A DNA stretch of 62,203 nt, filler included, from Sanchytrium tribonematis (taxonomy: Eukaryota), in NCBI GenBank assembly GCA_018985235.1. It is 9 parts of 9 records of this genome, joined end to end, with 100 filler letters (N's around TTAATTAATTAA, not from the genome) between each part and the next. Parts side by side here need not be neighbours in the genome. Positions count along the whole stretch, not along the records: positions 27,997 to 52,936 come from JADGIG010000069.1; positions 53,037 to 57,573 come from JADGIG010000708.1; 7 more parts are not named here. One strand, written 5' to 3'. Below are positions 43,703 to 54,421 of the stretch, piece by piece. How positions within the stretch are numbered: position 1 is the stretch's first letter; each line of letters starts with the position of its first letter. Position numbers and translations under genes: made by a program. The notes under the pieces are model-generated. The model was not told where the DNA came from. It did no database searches and worked only from the letters and a program-made list of their open reading frames with translations.

Positions 43703-45661
43703 TTACATTTTATCGTGTTTTAAGCATTCAATGATTTTTTTCTCATAATCATCAACTTTACTTTGCTGCTCTTGAATCAAAGTTTTGCACTCTTCTTTTA
43801 ATTTGAAAATTTGTCGACAATATCTCATGTCATCTTCCGAATCCTCTCCAATAGTATGAGTTTCAATATCAATACTGTTATCAATTCGATTCACATATTT
43901 CACTTTGTTACGCACCGGCATTTTTGTATCCTTGGCATTTTTTCTTAGTCGTAATTCCACACTACTGTAAAAAACATATTTGGAATCTTCCATTATTAAC
44001 TGATTCTTGGGTTCAAAGCTGGTTTTTACATCTTCTCTTATGTCTCCATTTGCATCTAATAAAGACGGCATTGAAGTGGAAGGATCTCCAAAATGAATAT
44101 TTTGTGAAAAATCCAGATCTTTCAATGATCCAGTATAAATGGGTGATTTTAACATTTGGGGATGCTGTTGCAATATGTCAATCTCTTTACCACTATACAA
44201 ACACGCATAATCAGTGCCATAACTGTTTTCATTGTCTAAACATGAGAAGGAAATGGCAATATTACATTTGTCAAACGCGTCCATTAGTTCATTTTCAATC
44301 TGATACTTCAATACACCAGATTCACATACATCAAACATGATACTCAATATTTTAGTGGGTCCCTTGTTTTTTTTAACGAAGTGCTTGATGAGGTTAAAGA
44401 CCAAATCGTGTGTTTTTTGACCATCTTTGTCAAATGTAACAACTTCACCATCCTCACCATGTCCCTGAATAAATAATACATATTCCTGACATTCATTCAT
44501 TTCATCAAGTCGATACGTGATTCTTTTCTCTAATTTATCTAATTCCTTTTTATTTTTCGATTTAGAGTCTTCTTTTTGATCTGTAATTTGCCAAAAATCA
44601 CTAAATGGCATTTTGGCATCATTTCTGAGGATCTTAACAGATTCATCTAATTGATTATTAAATTGATTTGTCCCATCTTTATCATACAATGAAATGTAGC
44701 CATAATCAACTTTAATTGGCTGTAAAGTACGTCTAATACATTGAGAAATGGGTTTAAATTCATGATTAAATTCATTCATGCTTTCGAATTTACGAAATTG
44801 ATTCCAAATTGAACTTGTATTAAGATATGTATCACCAAATGACTCATGACTCATAATTAATCTAGATTTTAGTAGTTCTTTGATATCATCTTTTTTCTTC
44901 ACATCAGAATATACAATATTTTTAGACACACAATTCAATAATTTGATCATGAATAAACAACCATCTTTTAATTGTTGTAGTAATATTTCATCAATTAATT
45001 GATTCAAGATATTCCAATACTCATATTTGGGTTTTCTTAAATGACTTTTAATGGATTTAGATAAATCTTGTTGAGGTATTTTATGGTCAGTCAATTTTTG
45101 AATATTATTGGATTCGACATACCATTTGGCAACTTGTTCAATAATGGATTCTCTAGTTGAATTTGAGGAATTGATTGACTTGTACTTTTTATGAACTAAA
45201 TGCATTACATCGTGAAATAATTTAATGGATGCTTTTGGATGATAATCCATGACATCATTGAATTTGCACATATCAGGATTTGATTTAAGATATCCTGATG
45301 CCTTGACTTTTAATTCACTATTCTCTAATAGTGATTTTTTAATAATTTTAATTTTGGCTTGCTTATCCTCAGATTTAACCCCTGAAATTGATCCCCAATT
45401 TTCATAATCGAAAACACTTTGAGGATAATTTCTATTAATGAAATGTAAATCAAAAATACTTTTAGAGATACTATAATAAGTACCAACAACGATATCATCA
45501 GTGTTTGGCATGTCTTCTTCAAAAAATGCATCTGGCCATTTGAATTTATCATCAATGGATACATAGCTATAGTTTGAACGACTTAACAAATCTTTCAAGT
45601 TTAATTCGGCTGGGGTTGCGTGTGATTGATTCATAGATAAAGATGGTAAGGAGTTGCCCAC
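43703..45661 (-). CDS. Clan CD (caspase/legumain-fold) cysteine peptidase domain protein
   Basis: VLFIQGHG ... MFDVCESG ... SCLDNENSYG; first ATG at 45634. Confidence 0.75.
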   Translation of the reverse strand: MGNSLPSLSMNQSHATPAELNLKDLLSRSNYSYVSIDDKFKWPDAFFEEDMPNTDDIVVGTYYSISKSIFDLHFINRNYPQSVFDYENWGSISGVKSEDKQAKIKIIKKSLLENSELKVKASGYLKSNPDMCKFNDVMDYHPKASIKLFHDVMHLVHKKYKSINSSNSTRESIIEQVAKWYVESNNIQKLTDHKIPQQDLSKSIKSHLRKPKYEYWNILNQLIDEILLQQLKDGCLFMIKLLNCVSKNIVYSDVKKKDDIKELLKSRLIMSHESFGDTYLNTSSIWNQFRKFESMNEFNHEFKPISQCIRRTLQPIKVDYGYISLYDKDGTNQFNNQLDESVKILRNDAKMPFSDFWQITDQKEDSKSKNKKELDKLEKRITYRLDEMNECQEYVLFIQGHGEDGEVVTFDKDGQKTHDLVFNLIKHFVKKNKGPTKILSIMFDVCESGVLKYQIENELMDAFDKCNIAISFSCLDNENSYGTDYACLYSGKEIDILQQHPQMLKSPIYTGSLKDLDFSQNIHFGDPSTSMPSLLDANGDIREDVKTSFEPKNQLIMEDSKYVFYSSVELRLRKNAKDTKMPVRNKVKYVNRIDNSIDIETHTIGEDSEDDMRYCRQIFKLKEECKTLIQEQQSKVDDYEKKIIECLKHDKM

Positions 45662-45740
45662 GAAGTTTGTTAGAAGGGGAAGTTTAATTTTGAGAAAGGC
45701 AATTTTAAACAGATCAAATTCACCAATTTCATTGCTAATC

Positions 45741-45859
45741 AGCTACGGCCATACACACCTGGAAACACCTGATCCTGTCAAATTTCAGAAGTTAAGCAGG
45801 TGCTGGCATGGTTAGTACTGCCATCGGAGACGGGGTGGGAATCCCATGTGCTGTAGCTT
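45741..45859 (+). rRNA. 5S rRNA, dispersed copy 2
   Basis: Identical to copy 1 by eye; ends in an oligo-T Pol III terminator. Confidence 0.95.
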
Positions 45860-45995
45860 TTTTATTTTTGACAGATATTTAAATGCATTTGTTCCTCATT
45901 TTGTACTTTTGTAGAAAATGTACTTTGCACTCGTAATAAATGTTCCAAGTCTAAAGATTACTTAAATACAATGATTTTAGCCTGTAATTAAATAC

Positions 45996-46658
45996 TTATG
46001 ATTTATTAGCCATTGGTAATGATGCAGAATGTCTTGCTTCTAATTTCAATGACTCAATTCTCAAAATCACAAAAATAGCAAATGTGACATACCAAAACAC
46101 ATAAACAGGATGAAAAAGAGTATACGACACAATCACAAACACCAATGCACATACATAATTACAAATAATGTAATATTTAAAAGCATCATTCGTTTTGATA
46201 CAAGTTGCCAAATTGATGGTCATATTGAAAATGAACCATATTCCAGTAATATCGAATCCTAATACATCCATACATGCCACATTGAAATTACCAGGTAATA
46301 AAATGAATGTAGTAATGGCAATATTCCATGATTGACGCATTAAATGCTTTAAATTGAAAATGGAGAATCTGAAAAATACTTGACCAAAGCAATAAATTTG
46401 ATATAATCTGGGTAAATGAGATGTAGTAGTGATCATTTGATGATTTGGGAGTAAAATCAATAATAAATGGAGAGAAATGGCAATTCCAAAGAAGAATAAT
46501 GAATGAGATTGATTTTCATCTGGGAGGGGAAAGGTGTATTTGGAGTATCCTAGAATCAATAAAATGATGAGTAAATGGGTTAATATTTCAATGTAGTCCC
46601 ATATGTCCATATTCATTGCAATGAAATGGGAAATATAAAATATTGGCTCATTGCACAT
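45996..46658 (-). CDS. Multi-pass membrane protein
   Basis: 6-7 hydrophobic segments. Confidence 0.6.
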   Translation of the reverse strand: MCNEPIFYISHFIAMNMDIWDYIEILTHLLIILLILGYSKYTFPLPDENQSHSLFFFGIAISLHLLLILLPNHQMITTTSHLPRLYQIYCFGQVFFRFSIFNLKHLMRQSWNIAITTFILLPGNFNVACMDVLGFDITGIWFIFNMTINLATCIKTNDAFKYYIICNYVCALVFVIVSYTLFHPVYVFWYVTFAIFVILRIESLKLEARHSASLPMANKS

Positions 46659-46818
46659 TTTGGAGAAATATGGTAGAATATTCTAATTATGACCAATGGA
46701 GTCTATCATAGAGTAAAGAATATACGCATTGTAGCTCCATTTGTTCTAAAAAGTAATATACCCGTGTTTCCTCCCACTCATTTAAGCAAAGAACTTTGAT
46801 TGTTAAACTATTACCCCT

Positions 46819-48153
46819 ATGATTTTATTTTTTCTTCTCCATTCAAACTCATTATTTCTCAAACGTGCATGTCCAAAACAATCAGATTCTGATCAATTAC
46901 TCCAATTACTTAGGACTGAAAAAGAAAGTAACAATTTAAATGCATTTGAATTTTACATGAATTGTCCAATACAAGTCAGTGAAGCATTAAGAGGATATTA
47001 TGCTTCTCTTGAAGATATATGGGTCGATGTATTTTACAAATGTACCATGATTGATAGTGAATTGAAATTTGTAATTTTTAAAAAGAAATTAAAGTCATTT
47101 AAACGTGCATCTCGAAATGTAGTGATTTATTTTAAATCGTATTGGAAATATGCGTCACAAATAACAGATAAGGAGCAAATAGAAACTGTTAATATTGTCA
47201 CAAATCTATATAAAGATCAGAATTCGATAAAAAGAAATGAATATGTTTTTCAGATTTTAAAATACATTTATCAAAATAACAAATATTTAGTGGATCAAGA
47301 TGCCATAATGACACTCATACTACAATTTGTATTCTCAAAAACACCTGTTACAAGCCCTAGTTTAGGAGATTTATGGTATTTCAAATCTACTCAAATAATA
47401 CCTAAAGTTTTGACAGAAATGATTCGTGGATCAGTATTGCATTTAAAGAGTATGCTTTATGCGTTAAAAAGACTAAAAATCATGGATTCATTGCAAATAT
47501 TCGTATTGGAGTATCAAAATCATTTTAAACCATTTTTACCATTTATTCAGACACTTGGTGATTCTGGGAAATATGATGCATTGAAATCAACACTAGCTGT
47601 CATTTACACCATGTCCAAATACTCCCAATTTAATGGATGGCGTGAAATAATGAATGAATTGGATAAATCTAAAGGCATATTTGAAAGATTAGATTTAAGA
47701 TATATTTTATGTGTCTTTTTACTGAGAATACCAGAATATCAACATTATTTGACGGTAAATGAGCAAGAGATTATTAAATTGGGAAATGAATACTACTTTG
47801 CACAAATGCTGAAAAACCCAGGATCTACTTTACAAAGCATCCGAAATGACGAGTATTTTGATTGTCCCATTTGTCTTCAACCTAACGGCAATTTTATTTA
47901 TACAAAATGCAATCATAAATTTCATAAATCTTGTTTGAATAAAATAATCAAAAAGGAATGTCCAATGTGCAAAAACAAAGATTATATAAAAGAATATCAT
48001 ATCTCAGAGACATTTCATAGATTAGCAAATGATTTAGAAATTGAAGAACCAGTAACAATTCGACATCAAATTACATTAAAATGGCATTCGCAAACCAGAA
48101 AGAAATGGCTTTTGATTAAGCATCAGATTCGTCAAATTTATGGAACTTTCTAA
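46819..48153 (+). CDS. Signal-peptide-like protein with C-terminal RING-H2 finger
   Basis: CPIC...CNHKFHKSC...CPMC. Confidence 0.85.
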   Translation: MILFFLLHSNSLFLKRACPKQSDSDQLLQLLRTEKESNNLNAFEFYMNCPIQVSEALRGYYASLEDIWVDVFYKCTMIDSELKFVIFKKKLKSFKRASRNVVIYFKSYWKYASQITDKEQIETVNIVTNLYKDQNSIKRNEYVFQILKYIYQNNKYLVDQDAIMTLILQFVFSKTPVTSPSLGDLWYFKSTQIIPKVLTEMIRGSVLHLKSMLYALKRLKIMDSLQIFVLEYQNHFKPFLPFIQTLGDSGKYDALKSTLAVIYTMSKYSQFNGWREIMNELDKSKGIFERLDLRYILCVFLLRIPEYQHYLTVNEQEIIKLGNEYYFAQMLKNPGSTLQSIRNDEYFDCPICLQPNGNFIYTKCNHKFHKSCLNKIIKKECPMCKNKDYIKEYHISETFHRLANDLEIEEPVTIRHQITLKWHSQTRKKWLLIKHQIRQIYGTF

Positions 48154-48216
48154 TTTCATTGCCAATCAAGCATCTATACCAAGTACAAATAGCAAAAAAC
48201 GCCCAAATCAATAAAA

Positions 48217-49545
48217 ATGTTGCTTCCCCTTGACATTCTTGCAGTTGTCTTCCCTGCAGATTGTGAACCAGCCACATCATTTCTAAATGAATTACTATAC
48301 CCCACAAATACGTCTACCAGTTGTTGTACATGGCAAGGAGTAACTTGTACTTCTGGTTTTGTTTCTAAAATCAATGTAGATGGATTGGGACTGTCTGGTA
48401 GCATCAATGGTACTGCTTTATCAAAATTGACCAATTTGCAGTACTTGAAATTATCCAACAATGAAATAAAAGGAAATATTGGATCCAATTTGCCACAAAC
48501 ATTGAGATATTTAGATATTTCGAATACGCTCATTAGCGGAGTTTTGAGTCTTCCTCCTTTTATCCAATTCATAGACATTTCGAATACTCATATATATGGG
48601 TCATTGGATGTTCCCAACAATGTTGTGAATTTAAATGCAAGTTATACTTACATTTACTCGGTTGGATTCAGTACATCAGTACCACCTGCTATATGTGATT
48701 TGAGATACTCTGAAGTCACTTTGGCAGCATTAAATAGTGCTTATTGGAGTTGTTTGATGATATCGACTGCAACAAGCGGGGCACTTTCAATTACTTTTGA
48801 TGTTGCAAATCCAGTGTTACCACCATTTGCATTTACCATTCAAACAAGCTATTCAGAATCACCAAGCACAAGTAGAATGACCAGTGCGCAAATTCCAAGT
48901 ATGTCCACCCAGTTAACAACAACAACAACACCTTCGACCTCACCATCAGATGGATCTTCAACCATTTCAAGAGCAGAATATCAATCAATTGTGACAATGA
49001 ATTCCCAAACTTCCTCAATTTCATCACTAGAGACCAGTTTGATTGAAAGAAACAAGGTAGATGCTCATTTGGGTGCTACAAGCACATTGAATGCAGCAGC
49101 ACGAGTTGATACAGCTGCATCATCGTTTAATCTTGATATTTCTACTACTTTCTCTACTGCACCATCATCTAGTAGTGAAAGTCAAATTTTGACAGATATT
49201 GAGCAAATTCAAATTAAAACTAGAATCATTTTCAACAAATTGACTAGTTTATCCAATAACTTGACAGATGATAGCACAATCGGATCTGCTACCGTGGAAT
49301 CTTCTGCAATAAGTCAAACACAGTCTGAATTACCCAAAATTGACTCAAATAACTCATTTATGGGTTTATCTCCAATGATGACCACTTATATTTTATACGG
49401 CGGTATTGGATTATTGGTTTTGATCTTTATTGGTCTATTTATGGCTAAATATTTGATAAAATCTCCTCAAATCAAATCTAAATTTGGTAGAAAAAGCAGT
49501 TATGGTACTTTACAAACTATTTCAACAGTTAAAACAACCAAATAA
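48217..49545 (+). CDS. LRR/Ser-Thr stalk/TM receptor-like protein
   Basis: CCTWQGVTC plant-type LRRNT cap, LRRs, stalk, TM, FGRKSSYGTL tail. Confidence 0.88.
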   Translation: MLLPLDILAVVFPADCEPATSFLNELLYPTNTSTSCCTWQGVTCTSGFVSKINVDGLGLSGSINGTALSKLTNLQYLKLSNNEIKGNIGSNLPQTLRYLDISNTLISGVLSLPPFIQFIDISNTHIYGSLDVPNNVVNLNASYTYIYSVGFSTSVPPAICDLRYSEVTLAALNSAYWSCLMISTATSGALSITFDVANPVLPPFAFTIQTSYSESPSTSRMTSAQIPSMSTQLTTTTTPSTSPSDGSSTISRAEYQSIVTMNSQTSSISSLETSLIERNKVDAHLGATSTLNAAARVDTAASSFNLDISTTFSTAPSSSSESQILTDIEQIQIKTRIIFNKLTSLSNNLTDDSTIGSATVESSAISQTQSELPKIDSNNSFMGLSPMMTTYILYGGIGLLVLIFIGLFMAKYLIKSPQIKSKFGRKSSYGTLQTISTVKTTK

Positions 49546-49640
49546 ATACATTTTATTGGTCGATCGGGTAGAATATTCTAATTTGTTCCAATCAAACGCA
49601 TTAAAAACAACTCAAGAAGCGCATTTCCCCCGAAAATGCC

Positions 49641-50834
49641 ATGACCCTGGGTTTCCTTGCTACGGTATTAGCAGTCACAATATCACCAGATTGTCCTGTT
49701 GTAATGACTTTATTAGCAAATATGAATGCATCTTTGACGAGTCAACAATTTGTACCAGCTGATTGTTGTAAAACATCATTTGGTGGTCCATTGTGCATCT
49801 TTTGCAATCCCAATCTAGTCCCACCACGAGTCATATCCCTCACATTTGACAGTATCCAAGCAAATGGTAAAATCAACAATACGGCATTCAATCAATTGAC
49901 CAGTTTGTTCTCATTTTCAGCAATTAACAACCCATTAATGGGTTCTATCCCCCATTTCCCACCCGCATTAACCACGTTCAAAGTATCCAATAGTAGTTTG
50001 ACTGGATATGTCAATTTAACATCCACCATGAAATCAATTGCTTTGAAAAATACAAAAATTAGTGGATCTATTTATATCCCTAGTTCCATTACGTCTTTGG
50101 ATATTTCATATACTGCCGTAGATATGATTACATTCCAAAGTACATCTGCGCCTGCCAATTCATGCAATTTGGCATTTACTGGCATTAAATTGAATACTTT
50201 GCCATCTGCCATGAAAATCAAATGTAACACGACTGGATTGACATCTGATGTGACATTCAATTCTACAATGACTTATGGATCTACTACATTTGCATCTCTA
50301 GCATCTCATTCTGCAGTTTCATCCAGTTTTGCAAATTCTGCAACTATTGCGAAATCAGTCAATTCTGGAGTCAAATCAGCAAGTACTTCTCAATTTGGTA
50401 GTCAATTCAGCACCAATGCACTAGTAGATACTCAAACACAATGGATTATCAACAATTCTTTAAATAACTCAAGTGAATTGAGACAATCTAGTGAATTTGT
50501 CATGGTCGATTCCCCAATTCCAACAAGAAGACCCATTCACACCTCACCAGTGCATCAAATAGATACGACCATGATGGAATTAGCCATGACTACAGAAATT
50601 GTATCCGCAAACACGGATATTTCAAGCATTTCAACGAGTTCATCAAAAGGTATCAATGCAAATGATGCTAGTAGTATTACAGGAATATTTGGATTACCTG
50701 CTAAAGAATCAGAACCCATTTTATTAGTAGTCATTGGAATAATGGCTATTATTATCGTGTTGTTGCTAGCTGTGCAAGTATCAAATCGCCGTAAATTGAC
50801 TCGAAAATCATCTGAAGAAACCAATGATAAATAA
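49641..50834 (+). CDS. LRR/Ser-Thr stalk/TM receptor-like protein
   Basis: DC..CC..C cap, LRRs, stalk, TM, RKSS tail. Confidence 0.85.
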   Translation: MTLGFLATVLAVTISPDCPVVMTLLANMNASLTSQQFVPADCCKTSFGGPLCIFCNPNLVPPRVISLTFDSIQANGKINNTAFNQLTSLFSFSAINNPLMGSIPHFPPALTTFKVSNSSLTGYVNLTSTMKSIALKNTKISGSIYIPSSITSLDISYTAVDMITFQSTSAPANSCNLAFTGIKLNTLPSAMKIKCNTTGLTSDVTFNSTMTYGSTTFASLASHSAVSSSFANSATIAKSVNSGVKSASTSQFGSQFSTNALVDTQTQWIINNSLNNSSELRQSSEFVMVDSPIPTRRPIHTSPVHQIDTTMMELAMTTEIVSANTDISSISTSSSKGINANDASSITGIFGLPAKESEPILLVVIGIMAIIIVLLLAVQVSNRRKLTRKSSEETNDK

Positions 50835-50915
50835 ATACCCATTTATTACCAAAAAAGTGAAACACAAATTTGGTCAATGGGATTAGAATTTCTGTAATGT
50901 TCCAAAGCTGCTATT

Positions 50916-51299
50916 TTGATAGCAAGTGTGATGATATCATTAGGTAACTACATTTCAAATGAAAGAAATAGTCATATTGCTTCTAAATTAAGATCAAAAG
51001 ATATTTATTTTGGTAAATCACATTTAGAATACTCAAAATGCATGTATTTCTTAGAATCTTTCTGGAGCTCGAGTAATTATGATGAGAGTAGGTTAATTCA
51101 AAGGTTAAATCGTAAATTTTTTAATGAGCAACCTAGTGAAAAAGCCCAACATTTAAAAGAGTGTCTCATTTTGACGACGGATTACATGACGAGTATTGAG
51201 GTTTGCAATAAAAACATTTCACAGAAGATCAAATGCAAGAGCTTGATGCTAGAAAGAAAGACTGCGATGAAATTATTCCAATTTTTAAAAAGCTTTTAA
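50916..51299 (+). CDS. Hypothetical protein
   Basis: 127-codon frame only. Confidence 0.4.
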   Translation: MIASVMISLGNYISNERNSHIASKLRSKDIYFGKSHLEYSKCMYFLESFWSSSNYDESRLIQRLNRKFFNEQPSEKAQHLKECLILTTDYMTSIEVCNKNISQKIKCKSLMLERKTAMKLFQFLKSF

Positions 51300-51495
51300 A
51301 CTTTACAAATGAATAAATTTCTAGAGCATTACGAATTAGTATATATGTTAACGGATATTATCTACTAGATCGATGCAATTGACCATCTCATGGTACATCT
51401 TGCACATGGCCATAAAGTGGCTACAGAATCTTCTAATGTAAACCAATCAAATCTCAAAATATCGACATAAAGCCAACATCGCAACAACAACCAGA

Positions 51496-52936
51496 ATGTC
51501 AATTTCCATAGCAACGCAGTGTCAAGCAGTCATTGACTTGGCAACATCTCTCATGATGGATCAACCTCATTTCAAACTCCTTTCAACGAATTGTTGCAAT
51601 TCCCCAACAACAGGTGTTACTTGCGATAATGGTAATGCGAATGTTATTGATATAGAATGGACAGGATTACAATCACCCCCATTTGTACTCACTGGTGTCC
51701 TCACATCATCTCCATTTCTCAGTTTGCCACATTTAAATGGAATGCGAATTCATCATACTTCTGTTACTGGTGGTATTCCAGATATCCCACCGGGTTCATT
51801 AGGTGGTTTGGATGCTTCATATACACTACTCAATGGGATCGTGGGTTCTATTCCGACTTCAATGCAAGGATTGGTCATTTCAAATACTCAAATTTATGGC
51901 ACATTGAATTTACATGATCAAATGCAAATATTAGATGTGTCTAATACCCAATTGACTAGTGTGAGTATAGCAGGTGTTGATTACTTCAATCCTGCGTTAC
52001 ATGCAGTCAATTATTTCGGATATACGAATATGTGCAAATTAAACAATATTTTAGTGGATATTCATTCCTTATCTGCTGCTGTATTAAATGCGTGTGAGCA
52101 TAATGGTTTATTGACTGCACCATACACGAGCATTATGACTACCATACATCAATCAACAAGCAGATTGAGCACATTGGCAACGACAACTCGATTTAGTACA
52201 ATTGCAAGTACTTTTAGAGCCAGTACGGTTTCAACAACTACAACAAGAGTAACTGCAGCACCAAGTAGCACAACTAGTTTAAGATACAGCACAATTATGA
52301 CTACCAGTGCAGCTACAACATCAAAACCAAGTACAACATCTAAAAGCACCAGTGTAGGATATCCATTAACTACTGTAAAGTCAGCCACTACCTTGCTTAC
52401 TACAACAAAAGCATTTTATACGCAAAGTACCGCAAATATACTTAAGACTACTCAGCCTGCCACTCAAATGGCACCAATAATGACTGCTGTGTACTCCAGC
52501 TCAAAGGCAAAAGAAGATTCGTCATTGATCTCAAACCTATCTAGTAGTGCTGTGGTGTCAACAGATGAGGTATATTCAAGACCATCTGATATTATTGGAG
52601 AATACTCTGAAAATGTGTTTTCTACTTTGGATGGTGAAACAGTATTGGAGCAAAATCCAAATTCAATTGGCGATGTAATACAAACTATTAATACGAGACC
52701 GTTAAGATTTCTTCATACTAGTAGTGCATGTACATTAAATCATACACAGATCTATACTTCAAATAGTCTATATTCTGAAATATTATCTACTTCTTCGAAA
52801 TATACACCATTAGCAAATGAGATTACTCCGAATACCTTGGATCAGATCTCAAATACTAATAATCCATATATTTATATATTAATAGGTTTATTATTATTGA
52901 TAAGTGCTGGATTATTGATTGCTAGACATTTTATCA
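51496..52936 (+). CDS. LRR/Ser-Thr stalk/TM receptor-like protein (3'-truncated)
   Basis: Cys cap, LRRs, long Thr-rich stalk, TM at the contig end. Confidence 0.85.
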
Positions 52937-53260
52937 NNNNNNNNNNNNNNNNNNNNNNNNNNNNNNNNNNNNNNNNNNNNTTAATTAATTAANNNNNNNN
53001 NNNNNNNNNNNNNNNNNNNNNNNNNNNNNNNNNNNNTTGAATCTAATGGAGAGAATGCATCCACATACAATTTGATTTAATAAATTTGGTAATTTTATGA
53101 TAGGGTTGATAGTTTCAAAAGGAGAATCACATGAATGCAAAAATGACGCAATTCATTTTTGTTTGCGAATCAAATATTACAACAATTACACAATTACATC
53201 ACATGAGTCCCTAATGACGTCATTTCAAATTTAAAATGCGTTGCCACACTCTCTGACGCC

Positions 53261-54321
53261 ATGATACTGACATCATTTGCTACCGCCTTTTCCAAAATGT
53301 CTACAATGGCATATGTTCCACCATTTTGCCCCCAAAAAGAAATCGTAAAAGCCATTCCAATAATCACTGGAAATCCATCAAGAGAGTGTATGAAAGCCAT
53401 GATAGAACAATTGAGTCGTCGTAAGACACTAGAATGGGGATTAGTCGCCATTTGCCACCAAATAGGAAAGTTTCCCGAATTAGACCCAAATGAAAGGACA
53501 GTCTTTCAATTTCCATCTACGGGTGGAAAAGGAACAGTAGCGTATTTTATAGATAGTGGTTTCAATCAAGGAATAGGCACATTTAAGCATAAAGTTAGAA
53601 AGCTTGATTTTACTCAAAAACAGGGTCGCCGTTCTCGTAATGATTTCTCAGATCCATTAGATCATGGCACATATTGTGCAGCAATTATAGGAAGTCAAGA
53701 ATATGGTGTCGCGCCTGAGGCAGAGTTGGTCAGTCTCAAAGTCATTCAAAAAGATGGAGCTCCCTATGAAACAATTGCAAATGCGATAGAATTTGTGCTG
53801 GATGACATGTAAAAACATGGTAAAAGAGTGGTCATTAATATGTCCTTTGGCACCGATATTTCCGAATGTCCAGATACCGAAATAGAAGGTTTTGATAGAG
53901 TTGAAAAAGCCATCGATTTACTGATAGAAAAAGGCGCAGTGATCGTCAAAGCAGCAGGAAATGAGCATGTAGATAGTTATAAAGCAGACAGAATCAATAG
54001 AATACCTGGAGTCATCGTGGTAGGCGCAGTGAATGAAGACGGTTCAGTTGCCATATATTCCAATTTTGGAGAAGCTGTAGATATCTTTGCACCGGGTAGT
54101 GTGCACAAATTCAAACGTTTGTTTCCATCATTTTACCGCATGACACCAAATTATATTGAAGGTACCTCATTTGCTGCTCCATATGTCACTGGTGCCATTG
54201 CATTGCGAATGGGAGAAGGCGATCCAAATCACGCGAATCATTGTTAAAGAGCGCATCTCATTCTGTAAACCCTCAAGAATCGCGTGGTGCATCTGACTTG
54301 TTTTTGAATATCTTGAAATAA
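53261..54321 (+). pseudogene. Subtilisin S8 (proteinase K-like) protease, probably pseudogenised
   Basis: IDSG, HGTYCA and GTSFAAP triad motifs; in-frame TAA at 53810 and a frameshift near 54230. Confidence 0.8.
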
Positions 54322-54421
54322 ATTAAAATATGAGAAACTTGTAATATTCGTCATTTTAGTCACATGTTCCATAAATGGCATCATTTTTTATTTAAAATGC
54401 CAAATGTCCCATTTTTAGCAA

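Noticed and set aside
53809..53826. 18-nt GT..AG stretch that could remove the subtilisin stop
   Set aside because: Does not fit the 19-nt YTNATKTAG consensus; read-through DDM*KHGKRVVINMS looks native and a second lesion exists, so pseudogene is preferred
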